DNA of 64,000 bases from Chloroflexota bacterium (GTDB lineage: Bacteria; Chloroflexota; UBA11872; VXOZ01): NCBI GenBank assembly GCA_963663275.1, contig OY760183.1:3392001-3456000 (forward strand), in the 5' to 3' direction. Both the position numbers and the translations under genes were made by a program. This document shows positions 9,965 through 20,090 of this stretch, one piece after another. Within the stretch, counting starts at the first letter, position 1. Every line of letters begins with the position of its first letter. The notes beneath the pieces are model-generated. The model was not told the origin of the DNA. It saw nothing but the letters and a program-made list of their open reading frames with translations, and made no database searches.

Positions 9965-11278
9965 TCAGCGTCCCACCACGGTGTCCATGCCCACCAGCGG
10001 CACGTTGGTGATCAGCGAGGCTTCCAGGCTCAGGGCGCGCAGGTCTTCGGCTTCCAGATCGTGCACGTTCGCTTTGCCGCAGGCCCGCGCCAGCAGTTGC
10101 ATCTCCTGCGTCAGCGTGCCGATGAAGTTCGCCAGGTGGTGCGCGGCGTCCTCGAAACCCGGCAGGTCGGCTACCGCCGCGCGCTCCCGGTCAACGGTGG
10201 AATCCTCGCCCGCGCCGGATTTGTGCGCCGCGCCGCCGTCATGCGGCGCGCCGTCCCGTTCGTCGCCGCAGACCGTCTGCCGCGCCCAGGGTTCCAGGGA
10301 AACGAGCGCGGCGGTGCCAATCGAAACGGCGTCCGCGCCCAGGGCCAGGGCTTTCGCCACGTCGGCACCGCTGCGGATGCCGCCGCAGAGGATCAGATTG
10401 ACCTCGTCCTCCAGCCCCAGGTCCTGCAGCGCGCGCCGCGCCTGGCAGACCGCCGCCATGCCGGGCACGCCGGTGTGCTCGTTCAGGATCGCCGGGCCGG
10501 TGGAAGCGCCGGCTTCCATGCCCTCCACGGTCACGATGTCCGCCCCGGCCTTGGCCGCAAGCTGGACGTCGTCGTAGACGTGGGCGGCGCTGATCTTCAC
10601 GATGATCGGCGCTTGCCAATCGGTGGCTTCCCGCAACTCCTCCACCTTCTTGGGCAGGTCGTCAGACCCTACCCAATCGGGGTGCCGCGTCGGCGAATGG
10701 GAAAGCCGCGAGTAGGCCGTCTCCTCCACCGCCCGCGCCGATTGCGCCGCGCCGGAGCTATTGCCGTAGGGCATGCCGATACTGGGGCTCACGCCCCGCA
10801 CGCTGACAAGCTCGATCACGTCGGCCTGGAGCAGGTGCCGCGGCTGGAAGCCGCTGCGGTGCGGCAGCACTTCATAGGAGAGCAGCGACGCGTACGCGCG
10901 TTCTTCCGCCAACATGCCGCCGTGGCCGGTGGTATAGAGAATGCCGGCGCGGGCGGCGCCGTAGGCCAGCGCGGCGCGCACGGCCGGCGGCAGCAACTTC
11001 GCGCCCATGCCCGCGATGGTCACCGGCGTGCTCAACTCCAGCGGCCGCGCGGCAAAGCGCGCCCCCAGGGCGGTGGCGGTGGTGCACTGCTCGTAGAACG
11101 CCTCCAGGGGCACGCGGCTCAGGGAGCACGGGATGAGCGTGAGGTCGTCGAACGTGGGCAGATTGCGGGACCTGCCCGCGCCCCCTACGCGAAAATGCCC
11201 GGTTTCCGCTTTCTCTTGTATTTCGGCGTACACCTGCGGGGTATAGGTCGCGCCTTCCGTCTCTTCGGTTGCTGCCAT
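9965..11278 (-). CDS. FMN-binding glutamate synthase family protein (GlxD/MgsC-like), degenerate motifs
   Basis: LPTFDDLTL, TRHPDW, PIIVKI, AAKAGAD, GGIRSGADVAKALALGADAV, LEAEDLRAL. The start is the internal ATG (MAATEE). Confidence 0.85.
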   Translation of the reverse strand: MAATEETEGATYTPQVYAEIQEKAETGHFRVGGAGRSRNLPTFDDLTLIPCSLSRVPLEAFYEQCTTATALGARFAARPLELSTPVTIAGMGAKLLPPAVRAALAYGAARAGILYTTGHGGMLAEERAYASLLSYEVLPHRSGFQPRHLLQADVIELVSVRGVSPSIGMPYGNSSGAAQSARAVEETAYSRLSHSPTRHPDWVGSDDLPKKVEELREATDWQAPIIVKISAAHVYDDVQLAAKAGADIVTVEGMEAGASTGPAILNEHTGVPGMAAVCQARRALQDLGLEDEVNLILCGGIRSGADVAKALALGADAVSIGTAALVSLEPWARQTVCGDERDGAPHDGGAAHKSGAGEDSTVDRERAAVADLPGFEDAAHHLANFIGTLTQEMQLLARACGKANVHDLEAEDLRALSLEASLITNVPLVGMDTVVGR

Positions 11279-11286
11279 GGCCGGTA

Positions 11287-11510
11287 TCAACCTCCGGCGC
11301 CTGGGGCGCTCTCTGGGCCGGCGGCGCCAAACGTGCGGAACGGACGCCCGTGCGCCAAGCCGGCGGCGGCGACGATTGCTTCCACGCGCGCGCTCTCTTC
11401 CGGCGTTAGCTCCATTTCCACCACGCCTTCGCCAAGTTGCTCCACCGCGCCGCCGACGAAGATGCGGCCGCCGTTCATGCCGTGGCCCAGCCGCTGGCCG
11501 GCGTTGCCGG
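11287..11510 (-). CDS. 3' fragment of GXGXG (GlxC/MgsB-like) glutamate synthase subunit
   Basis: GNAGQRLGHGMNGGRIFVGGAVEQLG motif; lies directly upstream of the glxD-like gene; 5' part missing at the junction. Confidence 0.75.
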
Positions 11511-12592
11511 TAGCGGCTGAGCTCCAGCCGGGGGAGCCCCTCCAGCGCGCCGGAGACCGTGTCCCAGTCGGCGAGCGGCGCGGGGAAGCCCATCGGCAGG
11601 GCCCCGCGCTCCTCCTTCGCAAGGCGCATCTTCTCCGCGCCGCCTTCCACGTGCCGCGCCGCCTCGACGGTCTCGGAGGGCTCGTTCATCACCACGACGA
11701 CGTCTTCCGGCAGGTGGTCGAGCAGCGTGTGACGCAGCAGGAAGCCGGCGTAGAACGAGGCGTTGTCCAGCGACACCCCGGCGAGCAGGTCGGCCAGTTC
11801 GTCCTGGATGCGGTCGCGCTCCGACGTTCCCGTGTTGGCGAAGTCCAGACCGCGTATCAGTTCGTCGATCCGCTCGTGGTCGGCGATCAGGGGAAGCGTC
11901 TCTCCGGCGGGAAGCACCGTAACCGAGTCCAGGTGCTCGCCGGACCGCTGCGTGTTCGCGTCGAACGCGCGGATCGAGTCGACCTCGTCGCCCCACAGGT
12001 CTATCCGCACGGGGCGGTCGTGCCCCGGCCCGTAGACGTCGACGATGCCGCCGCGCCGCGCCACGGCGCCGGGATGGTCCACCATCGACCCGACGGCGTA
12101 GCCCATGCGCGCCCAGCGGGTCAGCATGGGCTCGACGGCGAGGCGCTGTCCGCGCGTGAGCGTGTGCATCGCGTCCCGCAGCACGGCGGGCGGGAGCGTC
12201 TTCTGCAGGATGCCCGTTACCGACGCGACGATGAGCGCGGGCGCGCCGGCCGTCTGCTGCAGGGCGCCGAGGGCGCGGATGCGCTCGTGCACCGTCCCCG
12301 CTTCCACGGAGAGCCGCTCGTACGGCAGCACCTCCGCCTCCGCGAAGTGCAGCAGCGGAGCGTCCTCGCCGCAGTACGCCTCCAGCTGGTCGAGCAGGCG
12401 CCGCGCGTCGTCAGGATGGGGACAGAGCACCAGCATCGGGCGTCGGAGGTCGCGCCACAGTCCCGCGATCACGAGGGGTTTGGCCGCGTCCGGCGCGACG
12501 GCGGCATGGACGCCGCCGGACGCCACCGCTTCCGTCGTCCGCCTGTAGGCTGACGCCTGCCCAAGCACATCCAGCAGTCCCGTGAGGCTCAA
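11510..12592 (-). CDS. mfd: Transcription-repair coupling factor, N-terminal part only (truncated at junction)
   Basis: EVLPYE, ERIRAL, GAVARRGGIVDVY, RIDLWGDEVDSIRAFDANTQRS (UvrB-homology region). The helicase domains are absent. Confidence 0.85.
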
Positions 12593-12754
12593 GCGGTCCC
12601 TCCGTGCTGTCGCGATAGACGCAGACAAGCGCCCCACGCTCAGATATCGAGGGACGCACTCGTCGCCGGTTAGCCCCGGCATGGGGTTGAGTGTAACAGG
12701 CCGCGCTGTCTCGTTGACGGAGCGGGGGCGCGTCGCTAATGTTCCCTGAGGGTT

Positions 12755-14386
12755 ATGTCGCTTTCACGCTCCCTCCCCATCGCCCGTCTCGCGGCGGTCG
12801 CCTCGTGGCGGCTGCTGCCGTGCGCCGGACTCGCGTGCGCGGCGCTTCTCGTCGCGTCGGCGTGCAGCACGGACGAGCCGACCCCTACTCCTGCGCCTGA
12901 GCCGACGCCGACCCCCACGGTCACGCCGACGCCCGTGCCGACGCCGACGTTCACGCCCGCGCCTCCAACGGCGACGCCGACGCCGAGCCCGACCCCCACC
13001 GCCACTCCGGTCCCGCCGACGGCGACGCCCACTCCCGTTCCGCCCACCCATACGCCCACACCCATCCCGCCCACGCGCACTCCCACGCCGCCGCCCACCG
13101 CAACGGCAACCCCGACCGCCACGGCCACTCCCCTCCCGAAGCCGTGGACCGCGTTCAGGCCCGGCTGGTGGCGTGTGGACGTGGACGTCGTCCCCGGCGT
13201 GTACGTGAGCGAGAGCCTCACCCGGAACTGCGAGTGGATCCGCGCGCATAACGTCCGTGCCCGCGAGGGCGAGGTCATCGCCTCCGGTTCGGCGGACAGC
13301 GGCGTGTTGCGCGTGGCGGTCCTGCCCACCGACACGGCCATCATCACCTCGACCGGCTGCGGCACGTGGACGCTCGAAACGCCCGCAAGCAACCCGCCGC
13401 CCCAGGACTCCGCCTTCTCCCGGCGCAATCAGCCCACGATGCTGAGCAGCAGCGGCGACCACACCTGCGCGCTCCGGCCGGACATGACCGTCGTCTGCTG
13501 GGGGAGCGATGTCTACGAACAGTCGTCGCCCGAGAAGCTCAAGGACAAGAACGACGAACCGCTCCCTCCGGAGGAGCTGCTCTTCACGTCCATCAGCGCG
13601 GGCAGTTTCAACACGTGCGGACTGCGCCCGGACCTCACCTTGCTCTGCTGGGGCGACGACAGCGAAGGGCAGTCGACCCCGCGCGTGCGGGCCACGCCCG
13701 GTATCGGCGATTTCTTCATCGGCCTGGATGTCGGCGCGCTCCACGGGTGCGCGGTGCGCCGCGACTTCACTCCCGTCTGCTGGGGCAGCAACGGGCCTCA
13801 ACTCGCAGGCGTCCCGACTCCCACGCCCGCCAGCACCGACCCGGACTACTGGGACGGCCTGAAGCGCGCCGACCCGCCGCCGAACGAGCGGTTCGACGTG
13901 ATCAGCAGCGGTGGCCAGCACACCTGCGCGCTCCGCAGGGACGGCTCCGCCGTCTGCTGGGGCGACGCTCGCTACGGGCAGACCACGCCGCCGGAGGGCG
14001 GTAAGTACACCGCCATCAGCGCCGGCGGGCTGCACACGTGCGCCATCGATACGGACGGGGCAGCCGTCTGCTGGGGTGCCGACGGGATGGGACAGGCGTC
14101 GCCGCCGCAGGGGGTCAACTTCGGCGCTGTCAGCAGCGGCATCCGGCATACCTGCGCGCTGCGGTCTGACGGGGCAGCCGTCTGCTGGGGCAGCGACGCG
14201 CAGGGGCAGTCGTCCCCGCCGGACCCGGACGCCCGGTACGCGGCCATCAGCAGCGGCGGCGTGCACACCTGCGCGTTGGAGGTGCACGGGACGGCGGTCT
14301 GCTGGGGACGGGATGCGTACGGCCAGGCGTCGCCGCCGGAAGGCGAGAAGTTCGCCGTGGGCCGCACGGGAGCGGTGCAGGGCTGA
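12755..14386 (+). CDS. Lipoprotein with Pro/Thr linker, small Cys-containing domain and RCC1/BLIP-II-like repeats
   Basis: LLVASAC lipobox, (PT)n tract, seven S.G..HTCAL..DG.AVCWG repeats. Confidence 0.88.
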   Translation: MSLSRSLPIARLAAVASWRLLPCAGLACAALLVASACSTDEPTPTPAPEPTPTPTVTPTPVPTPTFTPAPPTATPTPSPTPTATPVPPTATPTPVPPTHTPTPIPPTRTPTPPPTATATPTATATPLPKPWTAFRPGWWRVDVDVVPGVYVSESLTRNCEWIRAHNVRAREGEVIASGSADSGVLRVAVLPTDTAIITSTGCGTWTLETPASNPPPQDSAFSRRNQPTMLSSSGDHTCALRPDMTVVCWGSDVYEQSSPEKLKDKNDEPLPPEELLFTSISAGSFNTCGLRPDLTLLCWGDDSEGQSTPRVRATPGIGDFFIGLDVGALHGCAVRRDFTPVCWGSNGPQLAGVPTPTPASTDPDYWDGLKRADPPPNERFDVISSGGQHTCALRRDGSAVCWGDARYGQTTPPEGGKYTAISAGGLHTCAIDTDGAAVCWGADGMGQASPPQGVNFGAVSSGIRHTCALRSDGAAVCWGSDAQGQSSPPDPDARYAAISSGGVHTCALEVHGTAVCWGRDAYGQASPPEGEKFAVGRTGAVQG

Positions 14387-14414
14387 GCCTTCGGAACCTG
14401 GTGACATCCGCCTG

Positions 14415-14444
14415 TTGCGCGTTCCGGCGCCCGCCTGACATGAT
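14415..14444 (+). promoter_or_regulatory. Putative sigma70-type promoter upstream of the portal gene
   Basis: TTGCGC-N18-CATGAT with TG extended -10; a weak match only. Confidence 0.35.
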
Positions 14445-14480
14445 GTCTCCGGCGGCACAGGACGGAGCGACACGTCGGGG

Positions 14481-14520
14481 AGAGCCCCGGTCTGAGAGAG
14501 ACCGGGGCTCTTTCGCGTTT
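14481..14520 (+). terminator. Perfect 13-bp hairpin, terminator or attenuator
   Basis: AGAGCCCCGGTCT-GAGAG-AGACCGGGGCTCT followed by TTCGCGTTT. Confidence 0.75.
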
Positions 14521-14566
14521 CGCGAACGTGCGCCGCACACACAGGGACCGGCAAAGGAGGCTGGAG

Positions 14567-15742
14567 ATGCTGGAAACGTTGCGGGAAGTTATGGACGGTA
14601 TCGCGGTGCGGCGGGCGAATGCCCCGCTTGCCGCGTCGCTGCGGACGCTCGCGCCCGACAGGGGCGTGGGGCAGGAGTGGCAGTCGACCGGCTACGGCGA
14701 GTACTACGCGAGGAGCGCCGACGTATACGCGGCGGTGAAGCTCCGTGCGGAGGCGGCGTCCCGTCCGCCGCTGCAGGTGCGGGAGGTCGATGCCTCAGGC
14801 GCGTGGCGCTGGGTGGGGCCGGAGCATCCGGCGCAGCGGCTGCTCGATACGGTCAACGGCTGGTGGAGCAGGAGCGACCTGCTCATCGCCACGGAGACGT
14901 ACCTCTGCTTGTGGGGCGCCGCGTTCTGGTACCTCGGACGCTCGGCGAAAGCGTCAGCGTCCGGCGCGCCGGACGAGATATGGGCGCTGCGCCCCGACCG
15001 TGTGCGGGTCGTGCGCGACCCGGAGCGGTACGTCGCGGGGTTCGTCTACGAGGAGCGGGGACGGGAGACAGCGCTCTTGCCGGAGGAGGTGGTCTGGTTC
15101 CGCTACTTCAACCCGCTGGAGGAGTTCGCCGGGTTCGCGCCGATGGCAGCCGCGCGGCTCACCGCCGACATGGGCATGGACGCGCTGCGGTTCAACCGCG
15201 AGTTCTTCCGCAACGGCGCGCAGCCGCAGGACCTCGTCTTCCGTGCGAGCGGGCCCGTCACCGACGGCCAGCTCACCGAGTTCTTCTCGAAGCTGGAAGC
15301 CCGCCACACCGGGCCGGGCCGGGCGCATCGACCGCTCGTCACCGGCGACGCCTGGGAAGTGCAGCGGCTGGGGCTGAACCAGCGGGACATGGAGTGGCTC
15401 GCCGGACTGCGGTGGAGCCTGGAGGGCGTCGCGCGCGTATACGGCGTCCCGCTGCCGCTGCTGGAGGACTTCAGCCACGCGACGCTCAACAACGTGCGGG
15501 AGGCGCGCCGCATGTTCTGGGAGAAGACGATGGTACCGGAGCTGACGTTCCTCGCGAGCGCGATCAACGAGGGCCTGATGCCGAGGCTCGGCCCGTCGGC
15601 GCGGGGGCTGTCCGTGGCGTTCGACCTCACGCAGGTCGAGGCCCTGTCGGAGACGGAGAGCGAGCGCACCAAGCGGCAGGTGGCGCTCGTGCAGGCAGGC
15701 ATCCTCACGGCGGAGGAGGCACGACGGGAGCGCGGGCTCTAG
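14567..15742 (+). CDS. Phage portal protein, HK97 family (orphan)
   Basis: VYAAVKLRAEAAS.PPL, EHP..RLL..VN, YLCLWGAAFW, LRPDRV.V, EVVWFRYFNP..EFAGFAP, FFRNGA.P, VARVYGVP, ATLNN, GILTAEEAR...GL; AAGGAGG RBS. Confidence 0.92.
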   Translation: MLETLREVMDGIAVRRANAPLAASLRTLAPDRGVGQEWQSTGYGEYYARSADVYAAVKLRAEAASRPPLQVREVDASGAWRWVGPEHPAQRLLDTVNGWWSRSDLLIATETYLCLWGAAFWYLGRSAKASASGAPDEIWALRPDRVRVVRDPERYVAGFVYEERGRETALLPEEVVWFRYFNPLEEFAGFAPMAAARLTADMGMDALRFNREFFRNGAQPQDLVFRASGPVTDGQLTEFFSKLEARHTGPGRAHRPLVTGDAWEVQRLGLNQRDMEWLAGLRWSLEGVARVYGVPLPLLEDFSHATLNNVREARRMFWEKTMVPELTFLASAINEGLMPRLGPSARGLSVAFDLTQVEALSETESERTKRQVALVQAGILTAEEARRERGL

Positions 15743-15772
15743 CCCCGCTCGCGCCCGTCCGGCGTCGCCCCG

Positions 15773-16510
15773 TCATGCGGGAGGAACACCCGTGGCGGGG
15801 CAGAGGTGGTCATAAGCGCTCTTGAAGTCTGCGAGGGTGTCGATGTCGGTCCAGAAGAGGCCCTCTATGTCGCGCGTCGTGACTCCGCACGGCGTGTTTG
15901 CCAGGTGCTGCATCACGCGGCTCAGCTCCAGTGCAGCGCCATCCTGCGCATAGAGGTGGTCGAGGGTGGCGAAGATGGACGGCTGGAAGACGAAGACGCC
16001 GATGTCCACGGCGTTCCAGCGCCGCAGCCCCTTGCCGATGCGCCGGAGGAAGCCGTCGCCGTCCACCAGCACCTTCGTCGCGTCGCTCAACTGGCTCTCC
16101 ATCGACGCAGCCGAGTCCACGCCCAGCATCGCCGGATGCTCGCACTCTCCCATCAGCCGGACGGCAACACCCGGCTCGATGATGTGGTCGCTCATCGCCA
16201 GCATGAACGGCCCGCCTCCCGCGAAGTCCCGCGCGGCGCGGACCGAGACCGCGTTGCCGCCCTCGAACTCCGGGTTGTGGATGAACTCCAGCCGCACCCC
16301 GTCGGGCGCCCAATCGACGAGTCCTTCCATGATCTGCTCCGCCCGGTAGCCGACGACGATGCCGACCTCCCTGATGCCTGCCTCCGCCATGGCGGTGAGC
16401 GGGTACCAGATGAGCGGACGCTCTCTCAGATGTATCAGCGGCTTCGGCGTCCGGTACGTGAATGGCCGGAGTCTGCCGCCGTCACCGGCAGCGAGGATCA
16501 CTCCCTGCAT
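15773..16510 (-). CDS. Sugar-phosphate/NTP nucleotidyltransferase
   Basis: GVILAAGDGGRLRPFT...PKPL signature; WTDIDT. Confidence 0.9.
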   Translation of the reverse strand: MQGVILAAGDGGRLRPFTYRTPKPLIHLRERPLIWYPLTAMAEAGIREVGIVVGYRAEQIMEGLVDWAPDGVRLEFIHNPEFEGGNAVSVRAARDFAGGGPFMLAMSDHIIEPGVAVRLMGECEHPAMLGVDSAASMESQLSDATKVLVDGDGFLRRIGKGLRRWNAVDIGVFVFQPSIFATLDHLYAQDGAALELSRVMQHLANTPCGVTTRDIEGLFWTDIDTLADFKSAYDHLCPATGVPPA

Positions 16511-16615
16511 GGCACGCTCCTTCAGCGTTGTGCTATAGAAGCCTCTCCGCCGGGGGATGGCGGAAGGCGGCGCCCTCATGCTCGCGAGGGCGTGTGAGAG
16601 AACAGCCTGAGGCGG

Positions 16616-18646
16616 TTAAGCCCTGGCCAGCTCCTGGGACCCCTCCACTATCTTCGGAGTCAGGTGCGCAGGGACCTCGCCGTAATGGTCGAACTGCATG
16701 GAGAGGGTCCCGCGTCCCTGTGTGAGCGCGCGCAGATGGGTGGAGTACTGCTGCGCCTCCGATTGAGGCACCTCGGCCTCGATGTGTGCGACGCCGCCCA
16801 CCGGGGTCATGCCCGATATGTGCGCGCGCCGTGTATTCAGGTCGCTCACCACCGCGCCGGCGAACTGCTCCGGCGTCTCGATGGCCATGCGCATCACCGG
16901 CTCGAGCAACGTGGGGGAGGCTTCCACGACTCCTTTCTTCATCGCCATGCTGCCGGCTATCTCGAAACTCTGGCCGGACGAGTCCACGGAATGCGAACTC
17001 CCGTCCGTGAGGACGACCTTCACGTCCACGATGGGGAAGCCCGCGAGTGCGCCCTCCTCCATCGTCTTGTGTATGCCCTTCTCCACGGCGGGGATGTACT
17101 CGCGCGGCACGTTCCCGCCTACGACCTCGGAGGCGAACTCGAAACCCTCGCCCCTGGCGCGGGGCTCCAGCCGGAGCAGCACGTGCCCGTACTGGCCGTG
17201 GCCGCCGGTCTGCTTCTTGTGCTTGTATTCGACGTTCGTTGTCCGGGAGATGGTCTCGCGGTACGCCACGCGCGGCGCGGCGAGCTCCAGCTCGACGCCG
17301 AACTTCCGCTTCGCGCGCTCCGCCATCACTTCTACGTGCGTGTTGCCCTGGCCCGCGATGACCAGCTCGGACGTCGCCTGGTCGCGGTTGAGCACCAGCG
17401 ACGGGTCTTCTTCCGTAAGCCGGGCGAGCGACGAGGAGAGCTTCTCCAGGTCGGCCTTGCTCTTGGGGTGCACGGCGATGCGGAAGACGGGCTCCGGGTA
17501 CTCCACGCGGGGCAGCGAAATGGCATCCGCCTTGGAGGTGAGCGTGTCTCCGGTGACGGCGTGCGCCAGTTTCGAGACGCTGCCGATGTCGCCGGCGGCG
17601 AGGCTCGCGACGCTCTCCTGCTTCTTGCCCACGGGAACGAACACCTGCCCGATGCGCTCGGTGTTGCCCGATCCGGTGTCGAACACCTCGCTGTTCGCGG
17701 AGAACGTGCCGCTCATCACGCGGAAGAACGAGAGCTTGCCGACGAACGGGTCGGCGGTCGTCTTGAAGATGAAGGCTGCGAGCGGGCCGTTCGCGTCGGC
17801 GGTCAGTTCCACGTCCGCGCCGCCCTTCGTGGCCTGCACGGCCGGTACGTCGGCAGGGGAGGGGACGTAGCTCACGATGGCGTCCATCAGCTCCCCGATG
17901 CCCAGTTCGGTGGTGGAAGAGCCGGCCAGCACGGGGACGGTCTGCCCTGTGCGGACGCCGATGCTCAGCCCCTGGGCTATCTCCTCGTCGCTGAGCTCGC
18001 CTTCGTCCAGGAACTTCATCGTCAGGTCGTCGTCGGTCTCCGCTACGGCCTCCCCGAGCTGGTCCTTCGCCGTTGCGATGGCGTCCTCCATCCCGGCGGG
18101 CGCGCTGCCCGAGACGCAACTGGCGACGCCGCTGAAAGAGGACTCCGCGCCGATGGGGAGGTTGATGGGCGCGCACCGGCTCCCGAACTGTGAGCGGACC
18201 TGGGCCATCGTGGCCTCATAGTCGGCATGCTCGCGGTCCATCTTGTTGACGAAGACGATGGTGGGGATGCCTAGGTCGCGGACGCGTTGCCACGCGATCT
18301 CCGCGCCGACTTCCACCCCGCTGGGGGCGGAGAGCACGATTACCGCGGCGTCGGCGGCGCGCAGCGCGGAGACGGTCTCGCCCAGGAAGTCCGCATAGCC
18401 GGGGGTGTCGATCACGTTGATCTTCACGCCCTTCCAGACGCACGGGAGCACTGCGAGCTGCAGGCTGGTCTGCCTGCGATGTTCTTCAGGCTCGAAGTCG
18501 GAGGCGGTGTTGCCGTCCTCGACACGCCCCGGCCGGTTGATGGCCTGGGTCGCGTGGAGCATCGCTTCGGCGAGTGACGTCTTGCCTGCGCCTGAGTGCG
18601 CCAGGAGTACTATGTTGCGGATCTGCTGCGTCGTGAATTGGTCCAC
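16616..18646 (-). CDS. fusA: Elongation factor G paralog (EF-G2-like)
   Basis: AHSGAGKTS, DTPGYADF, NKMD, KKQTGGHGQYG, DGSSHSVDSS, LLEPVM. Isolated from the str operon, with divergent G motifs. Confidence 0.92.
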   Translation of the reverse strand: MDQFTTQQIRNIVLLAHSGAGKTSLAEAMLHATQAINRPGRVEDGNTASDFEPEEHRRQTSLQLAVLPCVWKGVKINVIDTPGYADFLGETVSALRAADAAVIVLSAPSGVEVGAEIAWQRVRDLGIPTIVFVNKMDREHADYEATMAQVRSQFGSRCAPINLPIGAESSFSGVASCVSGSAPAGMEDAIATAKDQLGEAVAETDDDLTMKFLDEGELSDEEIAQGLSIGVRTGQTVPVLAGSSTTELGIGELMDAIVSYVPSPADVPAVQATKGGADVELTADANGPLAAFIFKTTADPFVGKLSFFRVMSGTFSANSEVFDTGSGNTERIGQVFVPVGKKQESVASLAAGDIGSVSKLAHAVTGDTLTSKADAISLPRVEYPEPVFRIAVHPKSKADLEKLSSSLARLTEEDPSLVLNRDQATSELVIAGQGNTHVEVMAERAKRKFGVELELAAPRVAYRETISRTTNVEYKHKKQTGGHGQYGHVLLRLEPRARGEGFEFASEVVGGNVPREYIPAVEKGIHKTMEEGALAGFPIVDVKVVLTDGSSHSVDSSGQSFEIAGSMAMKKGVVEASPTLLEPVMRMAIETPEQFAGAVVSDLNTRRAHISGMTPVGGVAHIEAEVPQSEAQQYSTHLRALTQGRGTLSMQFDHYGEVPAHLTPKIVEGSQELARA

Positions 18647-18772
18647 GATAGGCGCCTCCCCTGTAACGCCGGAGTGGGTTGTGCAGCGCATAATAGTTAT
18701 CAGGCCATGAACGTGCAACGCACAAACGGCAGAGCAGCCGCGGGCGCCCTCAAGTTGAGACAAGGCTGACCG

Positions 18773-20041
18773 ATGCGTGCGCTGACGGGCAACCTTACGC
18801 TCGGCCTGTGGGCGTTGGCGGCCATGCTCCTGATCGCCGCGGGCCTGGGACGCGGCGATTCGGTCGAGCAGCTGCACCGCGCCTCCGCTCCTTACGAGCA
18901 GGACATCCTGCGCTGGGAGATAGTTCACTTCCCGGACAAGTGGTTCAACCTGGCAGTGGGCGTCTTCGGCAGGCCGGACGCGGAGGAACGGCTGGAGCGG
19001 GCGCAGGAGTTCTTCCGTGTGAGCGGGGAGCTGAACGCCAAGCGGCGGGAGATAGAGCGCGTCCTCGCAGAGGGGGCATCGGACGCCGAGGTCGCGCCGT
19101 TGGAGGCGGAGAGAGAACGGCTGGAGCGCCGCCGCGTGGAACTCTCGCCGCTGGTGGAGGAGACGCTGGAAAGCGCCATCTCACAAACCGCCGACGACCT
19201 GGGCGTCATCGCGCGGTTCGGTCCCGGTGCGCTGGCCTCCGGTGGACTTCGCGTTCCAGGAGGGCGGCCACGTGCTGGTGCGCTCGCCCCCGCGACGCCA
19301 TCGTCCGCCTGGACGACCGCCTGCTCACTTCCGACATCAGCCTGCCGGAGCAGGACGAGTTGGAACGGAAGGTGGAATCGCTCGACGACAACATCTCAGC
19401 GATCGTCGCCCGCATCGGCGGGGTGGCGACGTATCCCGCGCAGGTGACGCCGGACACGTCGCTCCGCGGCGCGCTGTTCGTCGCCAGCCACGAGTGGATG
19501 CACCACTGGCTGATCTTCCACCCGCTTGGGACGCGCCTGGTTCGCGGGCGGCGAGCTCACGAGCGTCAACGAGACCGTGGCCAACATCGCGGCGGAGGAG
19601 TTGAGCGACCGGGCGCTGGAACTGCTGACCGGCGAGATGGTAAAGCGCGACCCGTGGCAGCCGCCCAGGGCCGGAGAACCCCGCCCCACGCCCGAGCCGG
19701 GCGTGTTCGACTTCCGGTACGAGATGCGGCAGACCCGCACCCGCCTGGAAGACCTGCTGGATGCAGGGAAGTTGCCGGAGGCGGAGGCGTACCTTGAGGA
19801 ACGCCGCCTGCTCTTCGTGGAGCACGGCTACAACATCCGCAAGCTGAACACGGCGTGGTTCGCGTTCCATGGGACGTACGCGGACAGCTCGGCTGCGCCG
19901 GAAGGGAATCCCGTCGAGGTGCACTTACGCACGATACGCGCCGATTCGGCGGGCCTCGCCGAGTTCCTCGACCGCGTCGCCGTCATCGACGAGGACGGCG
20001 AGTTGGAGCGCATCGCGCGGGAGGCGGGTTGGCGTCCCTAG
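18773..20041 (+). CDS. Secreted gluzincin/aminopeptidase-like protein, split by ~3 frameshifts
   Basis: Pieces in different frames join into signal peptide ... SHEWMHHWL ... NETVANI ... KLNTAWFAFHGTY. Indels near 19225, 19290 and 19530. Confidence 0.6.
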
Positions 20042-20090
20042 TCGCTCCCCACGCTGCTAGAATCCTGCCACTCCCGCCAGTGAGGCTGCA

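Noticed and set aside
9965-12682. 905-aa Mfd-glutamate synthase fusion
   Set aside because: The middle section is an off-frame read-through of a glxC-like fragment. It is best explained as a junction artefact, and glxD has its own ATG.
13900-14345. Diversity-generating retroelement in the RCC1 repeats
   Set aside because: No reverse transcriptase and no non-coding template repeat; differences between repeats are not adenine-specific.
12755-16510. Intact prophage around the portal gene
   Set aside because: No integrase, terminase, capsid, tail, lysis genes or att repeats were seen.
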